Made by a program: the position numbers and the translations under genes. The notes under the pieces are model-generated. The model was not told the DNA's origin. It saw only the letters and a list, made by a program, of their open reading frames with translations, and did not search any database. From Xylographa opegraphella (Eukaryota): a DNA stretch of 64,000 nucleotides. This document shows, in pieces, positions 36,980 through 48,786 of the stretch; the first letter of the stretch is position 1; every line of letters begins with the position of its first letter. The DNA lies in NCBI GenBank assembly GCA_022813865.1, contig JALDZX010000012.1:248001-312000 (forward strand), read 5' to 3'.

Positions 36980-39900
36980 ATGCCCTCGGAAAATGGAAAA
37001 GCCCCAGCGGTCAAGTTATCGCTGCCTCTGGTACACCACTATCCTTTCTTCTTCCAGCCGTACTGCTTTATGCTAACAGGTTGCCCAGGAGTACCAGCAA
37101 GATCTGTTCTCCGAGCTCAGATCTGACGATGAGCTCGTTATATTGGCCAGAGGTCTCGGGCTCCTGCGCGTAGTCACAAACCTTCTCCACTCGTACGATG
37201 TGGCTGGCAATAATCTTATAGTGGTTGTTGGTGCCGACGAGAGAGAGAATGGCTGGATTGGCGAGGCACTTGCGGAACATGCTGCGATCAGCAGAGCCCC
37301 CTTAGCACGAGGGCTTAGCCAGGTCAACACGGATGTCATGAGTGTCGGTACGAGGTCAGAGAGCCCCAATATTTTGTGCTTATAAAAAGTGGCAATGCTC
37401 AACAATCCCAGGGAGAAGATGTACTCCCAAGGAGGTATCTTCAGCATCACCTCCCGAATACTTGTCGTGGACCTTTTGTCGAGTACGCTGGACACTCGTA
37501 ACCTCCGATGTTGATGCTCATCATGACAGGACTCCTGAACCCTGAATCCATCACGGGACTTATAGTACTGCATTCTGAAAGGTATACCCAAACACCCCCT
37601 TGCCCAAACGTACACTTTCACTAAGGGCACTGCCGCAGAATCGTTGCCACTTCACTCGAAGCATTCATTATACGTATCTACCGACAATTGAACAAGGAGG
37701 GATTTCTCAAAGCATTCTCTGACAATCCAGAACCATTTACAACTGGGTTTGCCCCCTTAGCAACCATGATGCGAAATCTCTTCTTAAGAAAGCCATCCTT
37801 ATGGCCTCGTTTTCACGTTACAGTCGCAAAGTCATTGGAGGGCCGGAAGCAGGCAGAAGTGATTGAGCTAGAAGTGCCAATGACAGAGAGTATGCGAGAC
37901 ATTCAAAATGCGATACTGGAGTGCGTGGAAGTCAGCATAAGTGAGCTCAAGAAGGCGGGCACTGGTCTTGAGTTGGACGACTGGACACTGGACAGCGCCC
38001 TACACAGAAGTTTCGATACTATAATTCGAAGACAGCTTGACCCAATTTGGCACAGAGTCAGTTACAGAACTCGACAAATCGTTAATGACCTGACAGTGTT
38101 GCGGAGTGTCCTGCAGTAGGTTCACTATGCAGAGTATTACCGGCTGTTTAGCTAACTCCAATGTTAGCGCACTTCTTACATATGACGCGGTATCATTCAA
38201 CAAGTACTTGGATACTATATTAGCAGCGCATCAGCCGCCCCCGGGGTCGACTCGGCAAAATCAATCACCGTGGCTTTTTTTAGATGCAGCGAATACCATA
38301 TTCGAGACGGCCAAGCGTCGAGTATATACAGGACAGGCTGATGATGCTGAGGCGCCAGGGGCAAATACAACTTTACCAGACTCTTTGCGACCTGTACTAG
38401 AAGAACAACCCAAATGGGCTCTCCTAGCAGAAGTCCTTCAGGAGATCGAGCGGGATGTATACTTCAATCCCACGATACGAGACGATTCAAATGGAACCAT
38501 TTTGATAATGTGCTCAGACCAGGGAACTTCAAGACAGATTCGAGAATATTTACAGACAAAAGACGTGACACGAGAGGACACTGCGGATGAGGAAATAATC
38601 GGAGACGATACTGTCAAATTACAGTCTTCGGCTACCTTCATGATGCGAAAAAAGCTACGCAGTTACTTGGGTTGGAAGAAGGACTTTGCTAGAGTTAGCG
38701 CGTCGCTCTTCCACGAGAATCAAAAGGCGTTGGAAAGCTTCACTGATCAGAGGGGCGTGAATGGATATCGAGGCAAGGGTCCACCTAACAAGCGACGCAG
38801 GATTCGAGGCGGTTCTGCGGCATTAGCAGGTGCTGGTAGGCCTATTAGTGGCACTCTACAAATTGCAGAGGAAAAATCTTCGCAAGTAGATAAGCTTATG
38901 GCAGATATACAGCCAGATGAAGCAGACGCCATGCAAAGAGAAGAAGTTGCCGTTGACATGCTTGAAGATATGGAAGATTATTTCGAGTTGCACGAAATGC
39001 AGGACCTCGTCGTCGTCCATCCTTATGATGGCGATATGGACGAACATCTCTTGGAAGAAGTGAGGCCACGGTATGTGATCATGTATGAACCGGATGCTGC
39101 ATTTATCCGACGAGTCGAGGTATATCGGAGCTCTCACAACGACAGAGGAGTCAGAGTATACTTTATGTACTATGGTGGTTCCGTTGAAGAACAAAGATAC
39201 TTGAGCGCGGTTCGAAAGGAGAAAGATGCATTTACCAGGTTAATCAAAGAAAAGGGGGTGAGTGGACTGAGGGCTTAGTAATTATACGGAATTAGGCTAA
39301 CTTTTACACAGAACATGGCTGTAATACTCACCCTGGAAGGTAAAGGCCCAGATGACCCGCAAGAGCAGTTTCTACGTACTGTAAACACCAGGATTGCTGG
39401 TGGTGGCCGTTTGGCTGCGACGGCTGAGCCGCCCCGTGTTGTCGTTGACGTCCGCGAGTTCCGCAGTTCTCTTCCGTCACTTCTGCACGGGCGCAGTATG
39501 GTTGTCATACCATGTATGCTCACGGTCGGAGATTATGTCCTCAGTCCTACGATATGTATTGAAAGGAAATCAGTACGCGATCTTATCTCGTCGTTCAAGA
39601 ACGGGCGTCTGTTCAATCAAGCAGAAACAATGCTGCAGCATTACAAGCATCCCATGCTCCTGATTGAATTCGACCAAAACAAGTCCTTCACTCTCGACCC
39701 ATTCGCCGAACACACAACGGCCATCGCCACAGCGGCGAACCCCTCGGACCTGCAGTCTCGGCTCGTACTCCTTACACTTGCGTTCCCCCGCCTCAAAGTG
39801 ATCTGGTCATCATCGCCATACCAGACTGCCGAAATCTTCGAAGAGTTGAAGAAGAACCAAGAAGAACCTGATCCGATCAAGGCAGTGCAGATTGGTCTCA

Positions 39901-40124
39901 ATGCAGGCGAAGATCCAAATGACCAGAGCTTCAATCAGACTCCACAGGATATGCTGAGGGCAGTACCGGGTATTACTGCGAAGAATATGAATAGAATTAC
40001 GCTCGAGGTCGACAATATCCTAGAAGTCAGCAATCTGGATGAGGGGACGCTTAATGACTTGGTTGGGAAGGAGGCTGGTCGGCAAGTATACAGATTCTTC
40101 AACAAGAGCGTTTTCGATGATTAG
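36980..40124 (+). CDS. RAD1: XPF/Rad1 (S. pombe Rad16) structure-specific endonuclease
   Basis: LSLPL|EYQQDLF, ITSRILVVDLL, LEEQPKW, YGGSVEEQRYL, VDVREFRSSLP, GDYVL..ICIERKS (ERKS nuclease motif); several introns. Confidence 0.95.
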
Positions 40125-40657
40125 GATGTCGGTCAAAACCGACCAACTCATATCAAAGATGACTGCCCCACACATGGTTTCTGTATCATGGAGTCTTAGT
40201 CCGGTTTAAGGGTGTCCAGCCTATTCTTGGCCCGGACAGATGATCGAGTTCCTTTCCGAGCCAGGAAAAAATAACCTCTTGGGCGGCTGCAAAGGAGATT
40301 TCATCGATCTCATAAAGTCCTTCGGTATGGGACTCACGAAATCAGACGACTTGATGATGATGACAGTGTTATTGATCAAGAAACAAGCAGTATTCAAACC
40401 ACAGAATTGGACCTTTAAATAAAGCTGGCTATATATGTTCACCAAAGGAGCATTTATAGGTATACCAGAAAGTTACGGACTGTCACCAATTTTGGTCATT
40501 GAGACTCTTGTAAAGTGTTGCTCGATTGACATGCCGTTCATTTCATCTAACGAGCTGTACTCCAAAATTAACGCCTGAAAGTGCATTTATACGGTCAGAA
40601 TCCTCCCATAGCCACTATCTGCGAGCCTATTGCCACGAATCTCTTGAGGCCCCAGCT

Positions 40658-41385
40658 TTAGATCTCATCCACATCGATCTCTTTCTCGTCGCTGCTGTCA
40701 TCCCTGTCCTCGTCGAACTCCACATTGTCATCAAGACCCTCGTGGCCGTACCTGAGATTCCCCTGTCAGCAATCCCGTCCATTACGCAGAGGCTTGCCCT
40801 AGCTGCAGCTGAGTTCATGAGCACATACGTATCCGTTTCATTGATCTTCGCACTCTCGGGCAACTCCCCGTATGCCTTCAGACTTCTCGCCTCGTCCGCG
40901 CTATACTTCAGTATCACGTCCCCTTTCTCGTCTTGGTAGTCCCGCAGCGAGAGCAGGATAATGTCGCCCTGGTTGATCCACACCTTCTTGCGCAGCTTGC
41001 CGCGGATGTGCGCAAGGCGCTTCTCGCCATCGAAGCAGAGCGCTTCAAGGCGGCCGTTACCAAGCATCTTTATAACTTGAGCGTATTCTTTAGAGAGCAG
41101 AAAATGTTAATAAATATTGATATGGATGGTGGCCTAGGTAGGGAGACAGACCTTGGCCTTCTTCTTTGAAGGTTAGTTCGCGCTTCTCGTTGTCGTTCTC
41201 GTTCTTCCCTCGACGCCTATTTTTACCTCCCTATGTAGCATGATAAGTTAGCTATTTGTTAATATAAGGACCCTCCGAGTGTGCTTGAGAGTAAAGTTGT
41301 GTAGGTGGCGCATTTCAGGGTTGTGAAGTTGTGTGTGCTGCTGCGGAATAGAGATATTTCCAACCTTTCCCTTATTCTTAGGCAT
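40658..41385 (-). CDS. TIF11: Translation initiation factor eIF1A
   Basis: [49 protein letters not shown]...[22 protein letters not shown]...IDVDEI; three introns. Confidence 0.97.
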
Positions 41386-41809
41386 ATTGGTGGTTTACAA
41401 GCGTATGCACCAAGAGTAGTACTGCTGTATCAATATTGGTGCGTTTCGGTAATGTTGATAGATCGTTGAAGACGAGGGAATTATGTGCTGTCCGAGTCAG
41501 TGACAACAATAATGAAATGCGGGACAGTGGGGTGAGCCTCCGCCGCAGCTAGCCTCTAAGTGGCTAGTAGGGCTAGCGCTCTTTGTCAAACCTTTCCACA
41601 AATTCCATGTCTACGGAGTACTGCGTTGTTGTACCACACTCGCCACCAAATTTATTTGTCTCCCAAACTACACTGACCGCAGGGTAGTGTATGCGTTATG
41701 CTTCAGAATAACCAGGCTTAGCCCGAGTTCATTATTGCTGCTTGGCACATGAGCCTACTGTTCATGGAGCTTAGGATCTTGAATGGATGAATAATGATAC
41801 ATTGAATCC

Positions 41810-42277
41810 ATGGCAACCAAAGCAAAAGTGTCACCATTCAAGACCAAATTGCTCAAGATCTCCGGTCTGACCGTCTGCCGAGCTGCATATTCACCCGCCC
41901 ATACGCCTCCGTTCGTGGCTGCCGCCATCTTGAGTGAACCCAACCACATCTTGTATCCACCGACAAAAAAACGATATGATACCAGGAGCCGGGAGACCTT
42001 ATGGTGGAACGTTACATCGAACACCATGTCAACGGTGAAGAAGGTTATGAGGTCATGGAACAATAGGAGAATGCGGAGAGCGATCATAGAGGCATTGGCG
42101 ACTTGTGGACTCGATGCAGAAGGGAAGCCTGCTGCAGGAGATGGCGAACGGCGAGCGCAGGGGCTGAAAGGGACCTTGATCATTCATGCGCTGCCGATCA
42201 TCCTTTCTACTAAGTTCGTGGACGTGAAGCTGCAGATGGAGTTGCTCATAAGAGATCTGATACAGCGCGGGAGTTGA
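41810..42277 (+). CDS. Basic 155-aa protein, RnpA (bacterial RNase P protein)-like, possibly mitochondrial
   Basis: Single-exon ORF with ATG; no D/E in the first 42 residues; KKVMRSWNNRRMRRAIIE and GTLIIHA resemble the RnpA RNR helix and following strand (by-eye comparison). Confidence 0.6.
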   Translation: MATKAKVSPFKTKLLKISGLTVCRAAYSPAHTPPFVAAAILSEPNHILYPPTKKRYDTRSRETLWWNVTSNTMSTVKKVMRSWNNRRMRRAIIEALATCGLDAEGKPAAGDGERRAQGLKGTLIIHALPIILSTKFVDVKLQMELLIRDLIQRGS

Positions 42278-42587
42278 GATATCCTGCTACACTTTCTCCT
42301 GATAACACAGGCGATTATAAAAACCCGGGTTATAGACCTACAGCTCTACAATGGAAGAAGTGAATATCATATCATCTGAAGCGAGAGCTCTAGAAGGCTA
42401 CGATAGAGTGTAGTTACAGTAATTGATGTCGGTCATGCCATTATTGTTTTTCGATAATCCCTGCTCGCTTCTGCAACTTGTGCAACGCGACATCTTTAGA
42501 CAAAGCAGCTTCAACCAGCATCCCAACTTGACGATTCAGTCTCACAGTCGCAAACCACAGTCCGTACAACCTCAATATTATGACACG

Positions 42588-43934
42588 ATGCTAATCTCCC
42601 TCACTGTCGGCAAAGTCGACGCCGGTGTCGCTGTTCTCCTCACAGAGGACAAAAGACTTGTACACCCTCCCTTCCAACCATTCACCAGACCCCAAACTAA
42701 TCCTTCCCTCCAGATCGAGTTCCCCTCCATCCTGCTCCCTCCTTCCATCTCCTCTGGTAGCATCGTCGACATCACCGTCTCGCGCAACCACGCCTCCGAA
42801 TCCGCTGCCCAAACCGCCTTCCACGACCTCCAAACCTCCATCTACACATCCTATGGCCTCCACTCCCCCGCAACCCCCACCCTCCGCTGCCGCAACGCGA
42901 CGCAAACCTCCGTCGTGCTCGAATGGGACCCCATCTCTCTCGCGACCGCGTCGCTGCGCTCGCTCTCCCTGTTCCGCAATGGCAGTAAAGCCGGCGCGAT
43001 TCCGCGGCCGCTGGAGATCACCAGCACGAAGATCAGCGGCCTGGCCATTGATACCGAGTATGTCTTTCACCTAGTGCTGCGCACGAGTGCGGGTACGTAT
43101 ACCAGCGAGAAGCTACGCGTGCGGACACACAAGATGACGGATCTGACGGGCATCACCGTTACGCCCGGGGTGCTGGCGGCGCCATTGCGTTACAGCCTCG
43201 CTGGGGCAGTAGAACGCATTGGCGGTAAAATCGTGGACACTGTGCGGATCGACACGACGCATTTCGTGTGTACGGAGGGGAGGGGTCGCGAATGGGAGCG
43301 CGCGATGGAGATGAACATCCCCGTTGTGCGGCCGGAGTGGGTGGAGGGCTGCGAGCGGGAGGGTAGGATTGTGGGCGTGAGAGGCTACTATCTGAATGCG
43401 GACCCGCGGTTGAGGCAAGTGGGTCAAGGAGTCGGCGTGCAGGGCTCGGGCCAGCAGCGGCGGACGGAAAGCCAGACGAGTATCAAGCGGGCGGCGCCTG
43501 CGCTGCAGACTGGCGATGGGAGCAAGCAGGACTTGGGGCCTTCAACTGAGGGTACGGATACGTCGGGCATAAGCCCAGGGACGGCTGTCAACGGGCAGCA
43601 GAGCGGGAAGATGGAGGTGATGCGGGAGCCGCCCACGCCCCCGGCAAAAGACAAGCAACCCGATACGGCGTCGGTGCTGACGGTCAATTCGCTTCCGGCT
43701 TCGACAACGGAAGATGAGGGCGAGGATGAGGACGAGGCTGGTGCCACGCGAGGGAACGACGGTCATCAGCATCAAGCCCCGCAGCCGAGGGACTTAGTGC
43801 AATCGCCATTCGACCAAGGGCATACGTCCCCGACTCGGCTTCCAGTCCGTGGAATGGAGACACCGGCCGTGGATGACAAGAGCAAAGCGAGGCAAATGAG
43901 CGATGGGGGCAGCTTTAGCGAGGTGGCACTTTAG
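42588..43934 (+). CDS. CHS5: Exomer subunit Chs5 (FN3 + BRCT)
   Basis: MLISLTVGKVDAGVAVLLTEDKRL|IEFPSILLP, NATQTSVVLEWDP, RTHKMTDLTGITV, IDTTHFVCTEG, IPVVRPEWV; in-frame intron 42660-42713. Confidence 0.95.
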   Translation: MLISLTVGKVDAGVAVLLTEDKRLVHPPFQPFTRPQTNPSLQIEFPSILLPPSISSGSIVDITVSRNHASESAAQTAFHDLQTSIYTSYGLHSPATPTLRCRNATQTSVVLEWDPISLATASLRSLSLFRNGSKAGAIPRPLEITSTKISGLAIDTEYVFHLVLRTSAGTYTSEKLRVRTHKMTDLTGITVTPGVLAAPLRYSLAGAVERIGGKIVDTVRIDTTHFVCTEGRGREWERAMEMNIPVVRPEWVEGCEREGRIVGVRGYYLNADPRLRQVGQGVGVQGSGQQRRTESQTSIKRAAPALQTGDGSKQDLGPSTEGTDTSGISPGTAVNGQQSGKMEVMREPPTPPAKDKQPDTASVLTVNSLPASTTEDEGEDEDEAGATRGNDGHQHQAPQPRDLVQSPFDQGHTSPTRLPVRGMETPAVDDKSKARQMSDGGSFSEVAL

Positions 43935-44371
43935 CAGTAGACGTGGTCGTCCGAAAGGGGGGTAATAGCGTCAGGTAAGGCTCTCAGAGCTGGGTGGTTT
44001 GGGGGTGTACGAGTACGAGTTAGTAGAGTGGCATTTTGCTTCCCCGGGCTCTTTTGCCTGGCGCTCTGTAGCACACTATACACATCGATCACAATATGCA
44101 GTATACTGTTCACTTGCAGGTAAATAGGATGCTGAAAGCGCAGTGGTTGTAGCTTCTGCTACACCACAAAAGACGAACCAAAATATACTGAAAACCCACA
44201 ATCCCGAAAACGCCGTCTCCAGAAATCTCAGTCAACCGCATCCAAATACACCCAGATTGATCCATCCAGTCTTATAGCCCAAAAACCGCAGTCAATGACA
44301 CGCTGGCAACTGCCCGCCCTGTCGTCGCCTGAGGCCTGTACTGCTGCCCTTCACTTCGTGGTGGTGATGAA

Positions 44372-47227
44372 TCAGTCTGTCAGATCAATCACCTCTTCCA
44401 CCCCATCCGCCTTTCTCAACGACTGCACGATTTTTCTTGCCAGAGCAGCGTAGAAGATTGGAGGCACAGCATTGCCGATTTGCTTCCGTCGTTGACTGGT
44501 TGTTGCCGAGCGGCCCCACACGTGCTCTAGCGGAAACGTCTGTAAGCACGCATACTCACGAACCGTGTACCCTCTCTGGCCGCTTGGATGGTAATTGTCG
44601 CTACCACCGCTGGTAGTAATGCATTTGGCCTGCGTGTTACCGTCGAAAGGTGGCCGCTGTTTTTGACTTGCCTTCGACACATCGTGGTCCGGGCAGTCTT
44701 CAGGTATGGCATCGATGGACTCATTGATGGTGACCCAAGGTTTGAGGCCAGTTTCCGCAGGAGACTTTGAATGTGTGGGAGCCGGGAAGTCAGGGAGAAT
44801 CTCTCCAGGGCTACATATCCTATCAGTACAAAGTCATCGAATATGGTCAACCATTCAGAATCGAACTTACCATGCTGCTATTATAATCAATCGTCGTCGA
44901 CTCTGTGGGACACCATAATCTCTGAGATCGATGATCTTCCAACGTACGCTGAATCCAAGAACAGTAAACTGCTGGATGACGGCATGTAAGTACACATGAT
45001 GCCGTTGCTCTAAGCCTAGTGTGTTCTCCAATGTTACAACCCTTGGCATAACTCTTTTTACCAACTCCCCGATGACGAAAGACGCAGCGGTATTTATTTC
45101 ATCGTTGGCTCCAGCAGTAGTATGGGCCGGGGAGAAAAATTGACAAGGTGGAGATAGGTGTAGAATGTCGACTTTGACGTTTACAAATCGTCCCGTCGCG
45201 AAGTCGAAAGCATCTGAGCAAAACACCGGAGTGTCTGGAAAATTGCTTGTATAGGACGTGCACATTTGGGATTCAAAATCAAAGGCCCACTGCAAACTAA
45301 GCCCGGCGATCGTTGCACCTCTTGAAACGCCACCACAACCGCAGAATCCATCTCCAAACGTGTACGTCTGCGGTCGTCGGTCCGGCCGATGCGTATTTAC
45401 CGTGTTTAATCTGTCGAAAATGCCGGGTTGTGCTCGCAAATGCAGCTTGTTGTGGTTTCCAATTAGCGGAACATAACGACGTGGTCTAGGGACTTCATAA
45501 AGTTCCTCAAGCTCAGTTGCATCAATATGGTCGTCTCCAGTAACCGTGAAATCACTGTCTGATCGAGAACCTGGAATCGGGCTTGTATTCACAAACTCTT
45601 CCTTATCCGCGTCCCAGATAGGTCCTGTAATGGATAAGTTAGGCGGATTTTTAGCAACATGTCGTTCCAACGGCCCATTTCTATATAGGAATGTGTTGTA
45701 CGCTTCACCATTCGTCCGCGACACTCGGCTTTGACTACCCGACCCGAATTCAATAGGCTCTAACGACAATCTAGAGAATTGGACGTCCACATTGATTGGC
45801 AAAGTAGAACTTGATCCTGGAATGTTGACAAGAGAACTTTCTGTAGAATGCAGAAGCTCTCCATGTAGATAAGAAGCTGTGTTTGCCAAGTCTCGGTCTC
45901 CATGTATCAGTGCTAGTTTGGCAGGCTCAGATGTCGAGGAATCGCCTCCACTGATCGTTTCCCCTCTGAATCTCTCTCGAAGGTTATTGTTATTGGTGGA
46001 ATAGTTCCTATGTACTTCATTCGATCGGAAAGCAATTAGAGCCTTTTCACAATGCGCGTTCTTCTGTACTGCACGTTCATTCGGAAAAAAGCAGATGTTT
46101 CTCCAACGACAAACTAGAACGCCCTCATTCATTACCGCGGTCTGCCCAGGAATATGTTCTTCTTCTCGAAAACTTAGTTCGGGGTAGGGTCGATTCGTTA
46201 TTATGAGCTTTCTTCGGCTCTTCACGTACTTGATATCAACCTCATGAATTGCCTGCTCCTCGTAGCTTTTGACGTCTGCTTGGTTGATGGTGTGAAGTTG
46301 GCACAGCTCATTCATCTTCTTCTCGATAGCTCCCTTCATGAATCTCAACCTCCGAAATAGCCAGCCTCGCAGGTATATGATCTTTGAAATAGGTTCTTGC
46401 TGCATCTCTGAAATCTTGATAAAGTCCTCATTTTGCAGCTCAACAGTGACTCCCACAGTCAGTCGTTGTCCTTTAAGGTCATGCTTATCGACGGCGATTC
46501 GAGCAGGTAGAATTGATGGCGACTGGGCATCCAAGATCCGACGATATGGCTTCGGCATCTGCTGATGGGCTATAATTCTATTGAATTCTTCGTCACTCAT
46601 GAAATTTTTGATATTTGGGAAATCAGGATTTGAAGAATTATCCTTAACACGATTGAACAGGAAAAGCAGATCAGCTCGATTGGCATTCGAATCATCGTCT
46701 CCTTCGTCAAGCATATCCTTATCAAGATCAATTACGGGAGCTCTCGTCTGTTGTTTGTATAGTCCACCTGAGGACAAGATTGGAGAACCATCGTTATTGA
46801 CCAAGGAGTTGTCTGATACCAATGACCTATCTGATACGCGGCGAGAGGATTGAAGAAGTATCGTTTGTTTTGATGAAGACTGTTGCCCAAGGCTTTTCCT
46901 AGGGAATTTAGAAGGTGGCTGTCGTTCTTCTATAACCTGAAGGTCTTCATTGGCCAAACAGGAGTAGGGACGTTTGTGAATGTGGCTATTTCTTGTCGAC
47001 TGATTTTCTATAGTCGTTTAATTAGCATGATGGAATGAGAATATGCTGCTAGCCGTTGCAAGAAATATGGGAAGCAGTCTGTTTTTGGACATGCTCCACG
47101 ACTTGCCAGTGATACATATTGAGACATTTGGCAGTAGCTCGTCAAACATACCTGTGATGCTTGTAGCGCCTCGCTCATCGTTGGAAAGTATGTTTATATC
47201 CCAATCAAGCTCAATTATTTTATCCAT
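44372..47227 (-). CDS. rid: RID/Masc1/DmtA-type C5 cytosine methyltransferase
   Basis: TFGDGFCGCGG (motif I), LHLSPPCQFFSPAHT (IV), LENT (VI), YGVPQSRRRLIIIA (VIII), CPGEILPDFPAPTH, REYACLQTFP, QIGNAVPP (X). Start at 47227 is tentative. Confidence 0.9.
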
Positions 47228-48592
47228 TACTGATATTGAGATCCTGCTTGGATAGCAATATAAGCAAAGGCTTTATGTTTGATAGACTTGGAAAGCTTGA
47301 GCAGGATAACATACTATTCAGATCTGAAGAACTTTCATATGTAGAGGTTTTTCTAGCACAAAGATCACCCGGAAAAGTTTCCAGACTCCTATTAAACTAC
47401 CAGCTATCTTTGAGAAGCGTTGTTGGAGACAACTCAAAGAGGCTTCACCTCCGCCACTGACAGCAACGATGCTGCGATGTAGAGCAAAGTAGAGGTAAAC
47501 ACTATGAAGGTGTAGATGGGATCAAGAAAACTCAGAGTAATTTACTCCTGTGTAGATGTGGGCCTCAGCTGAATGACAGAGATTGGTTCACAGTGGGCCG
47601 GGACTGAACGAGGTGATCGTATTAAAATGTCTCGTAATTACACGTCTCCATACACCTGGACAGGTGTTACAGCGCCCCACATAATGGGGTACTGAAAAAA
47701 GCATTGTCATAGATTGGTCCATCCGCAGCGGCGCCAAGACTGGACGGGGATGTTCGTAGTCAACGTCTCATGTAGCTAAGCAGTGATTAAATTGCAATAC
47801 ATGACAGAGCAGTGAAGAGAGCATAGCAGCAGACCGATGGTAGCGGAGCCGTCGCCGAGCAATCACGTAGGTCAAGATAGCAACTTCACACTTATGTTAG
47901 GTCTGGTCGTATCTCAAGATAAGAAACGCCAGTAGAGCACAACGAGGAGCCACACACAGGAGTAAATTTCAACAGAAAGGGGCGGAGAAATCTCAAACGA
48001 TATAATATATACATGCAAAAATCTGTCAACAGACTGACGTGTAGCTTTATAGCTACCTCAAAGGCAGGTCACATTTTCAGCAGAATTCAGTAAAGTATCA
48101 CGGGCCTTCCATTTTTTGTGAAGCAAATCACGCTATCTGATGCGCCAGTATGAAATGTCAGCCAGAACGGCTCTGTAGCGGCCAGTAAAAGTAATTTCGG
48201 CATTGCAGGAATGTATCGTCAAGCGAACTGAGGTCATGGTTCCATGCTCAAGCTTTACCAATCCGGTACTAGCGGCATCAGCAAGCGGCCGCTTCTGACG
48301 TCCGGCAAAGCTTTTTTTTTTCCCTCATGGCACATGTGGGGTGTAAAATTGGTTTGAACTTTTTCCAAAAGATGGACCGAAACAGCAGTATCCAAAGATC
48401 GAAATCGCATCTCTCCTGTATTCGCTTTCAGTCCAATTTGGGGCAATCCTCGCGCACGTCCGATACTTCTTGCAGCATCGACCATGCTGCCCTTCATTCC
48501 TCGAGCAGTCTGATGTACCTCTTGCTCACTCCCCACGTGTGACACCGATTGAACTTTTCTGTGGGTTTCACGTTGTAGATCATATTACATAG

Positions 48593-48778
48593 GTACTTGC
48601 ATATCCTTGCGTCTCATATATATGCCAATATCACGCTGTGATGATATACTTTACTTTAGATGGTAGACTTCCGAGATCCATGGTGCGGAAAATTATCTGT
48701 ATATCTGAGCAATGCCAGTGAAAGACTTGTCGCAGATGCTAATACGAAACAACTATACTGAAACTTTCTGTCTCATAG
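48593..48778 (+). other. Probable 5'-UTR intron of ADE4
   Basis: AG|GTACTT donor, GCTAAT branch point and TAG acceptor 8 nt before the ATG at 48787; donor choice uncertain. Confidence 0.45.
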
Positions 48779-48786
48779 GATTCAAA

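Noticed and set aside
10984..42277. RPR2 and the RnpA-like gene as an RNase P cluster
   Set aside because: They are about 30 kb apart with many unrelated genes between, and probably act in different compartments.
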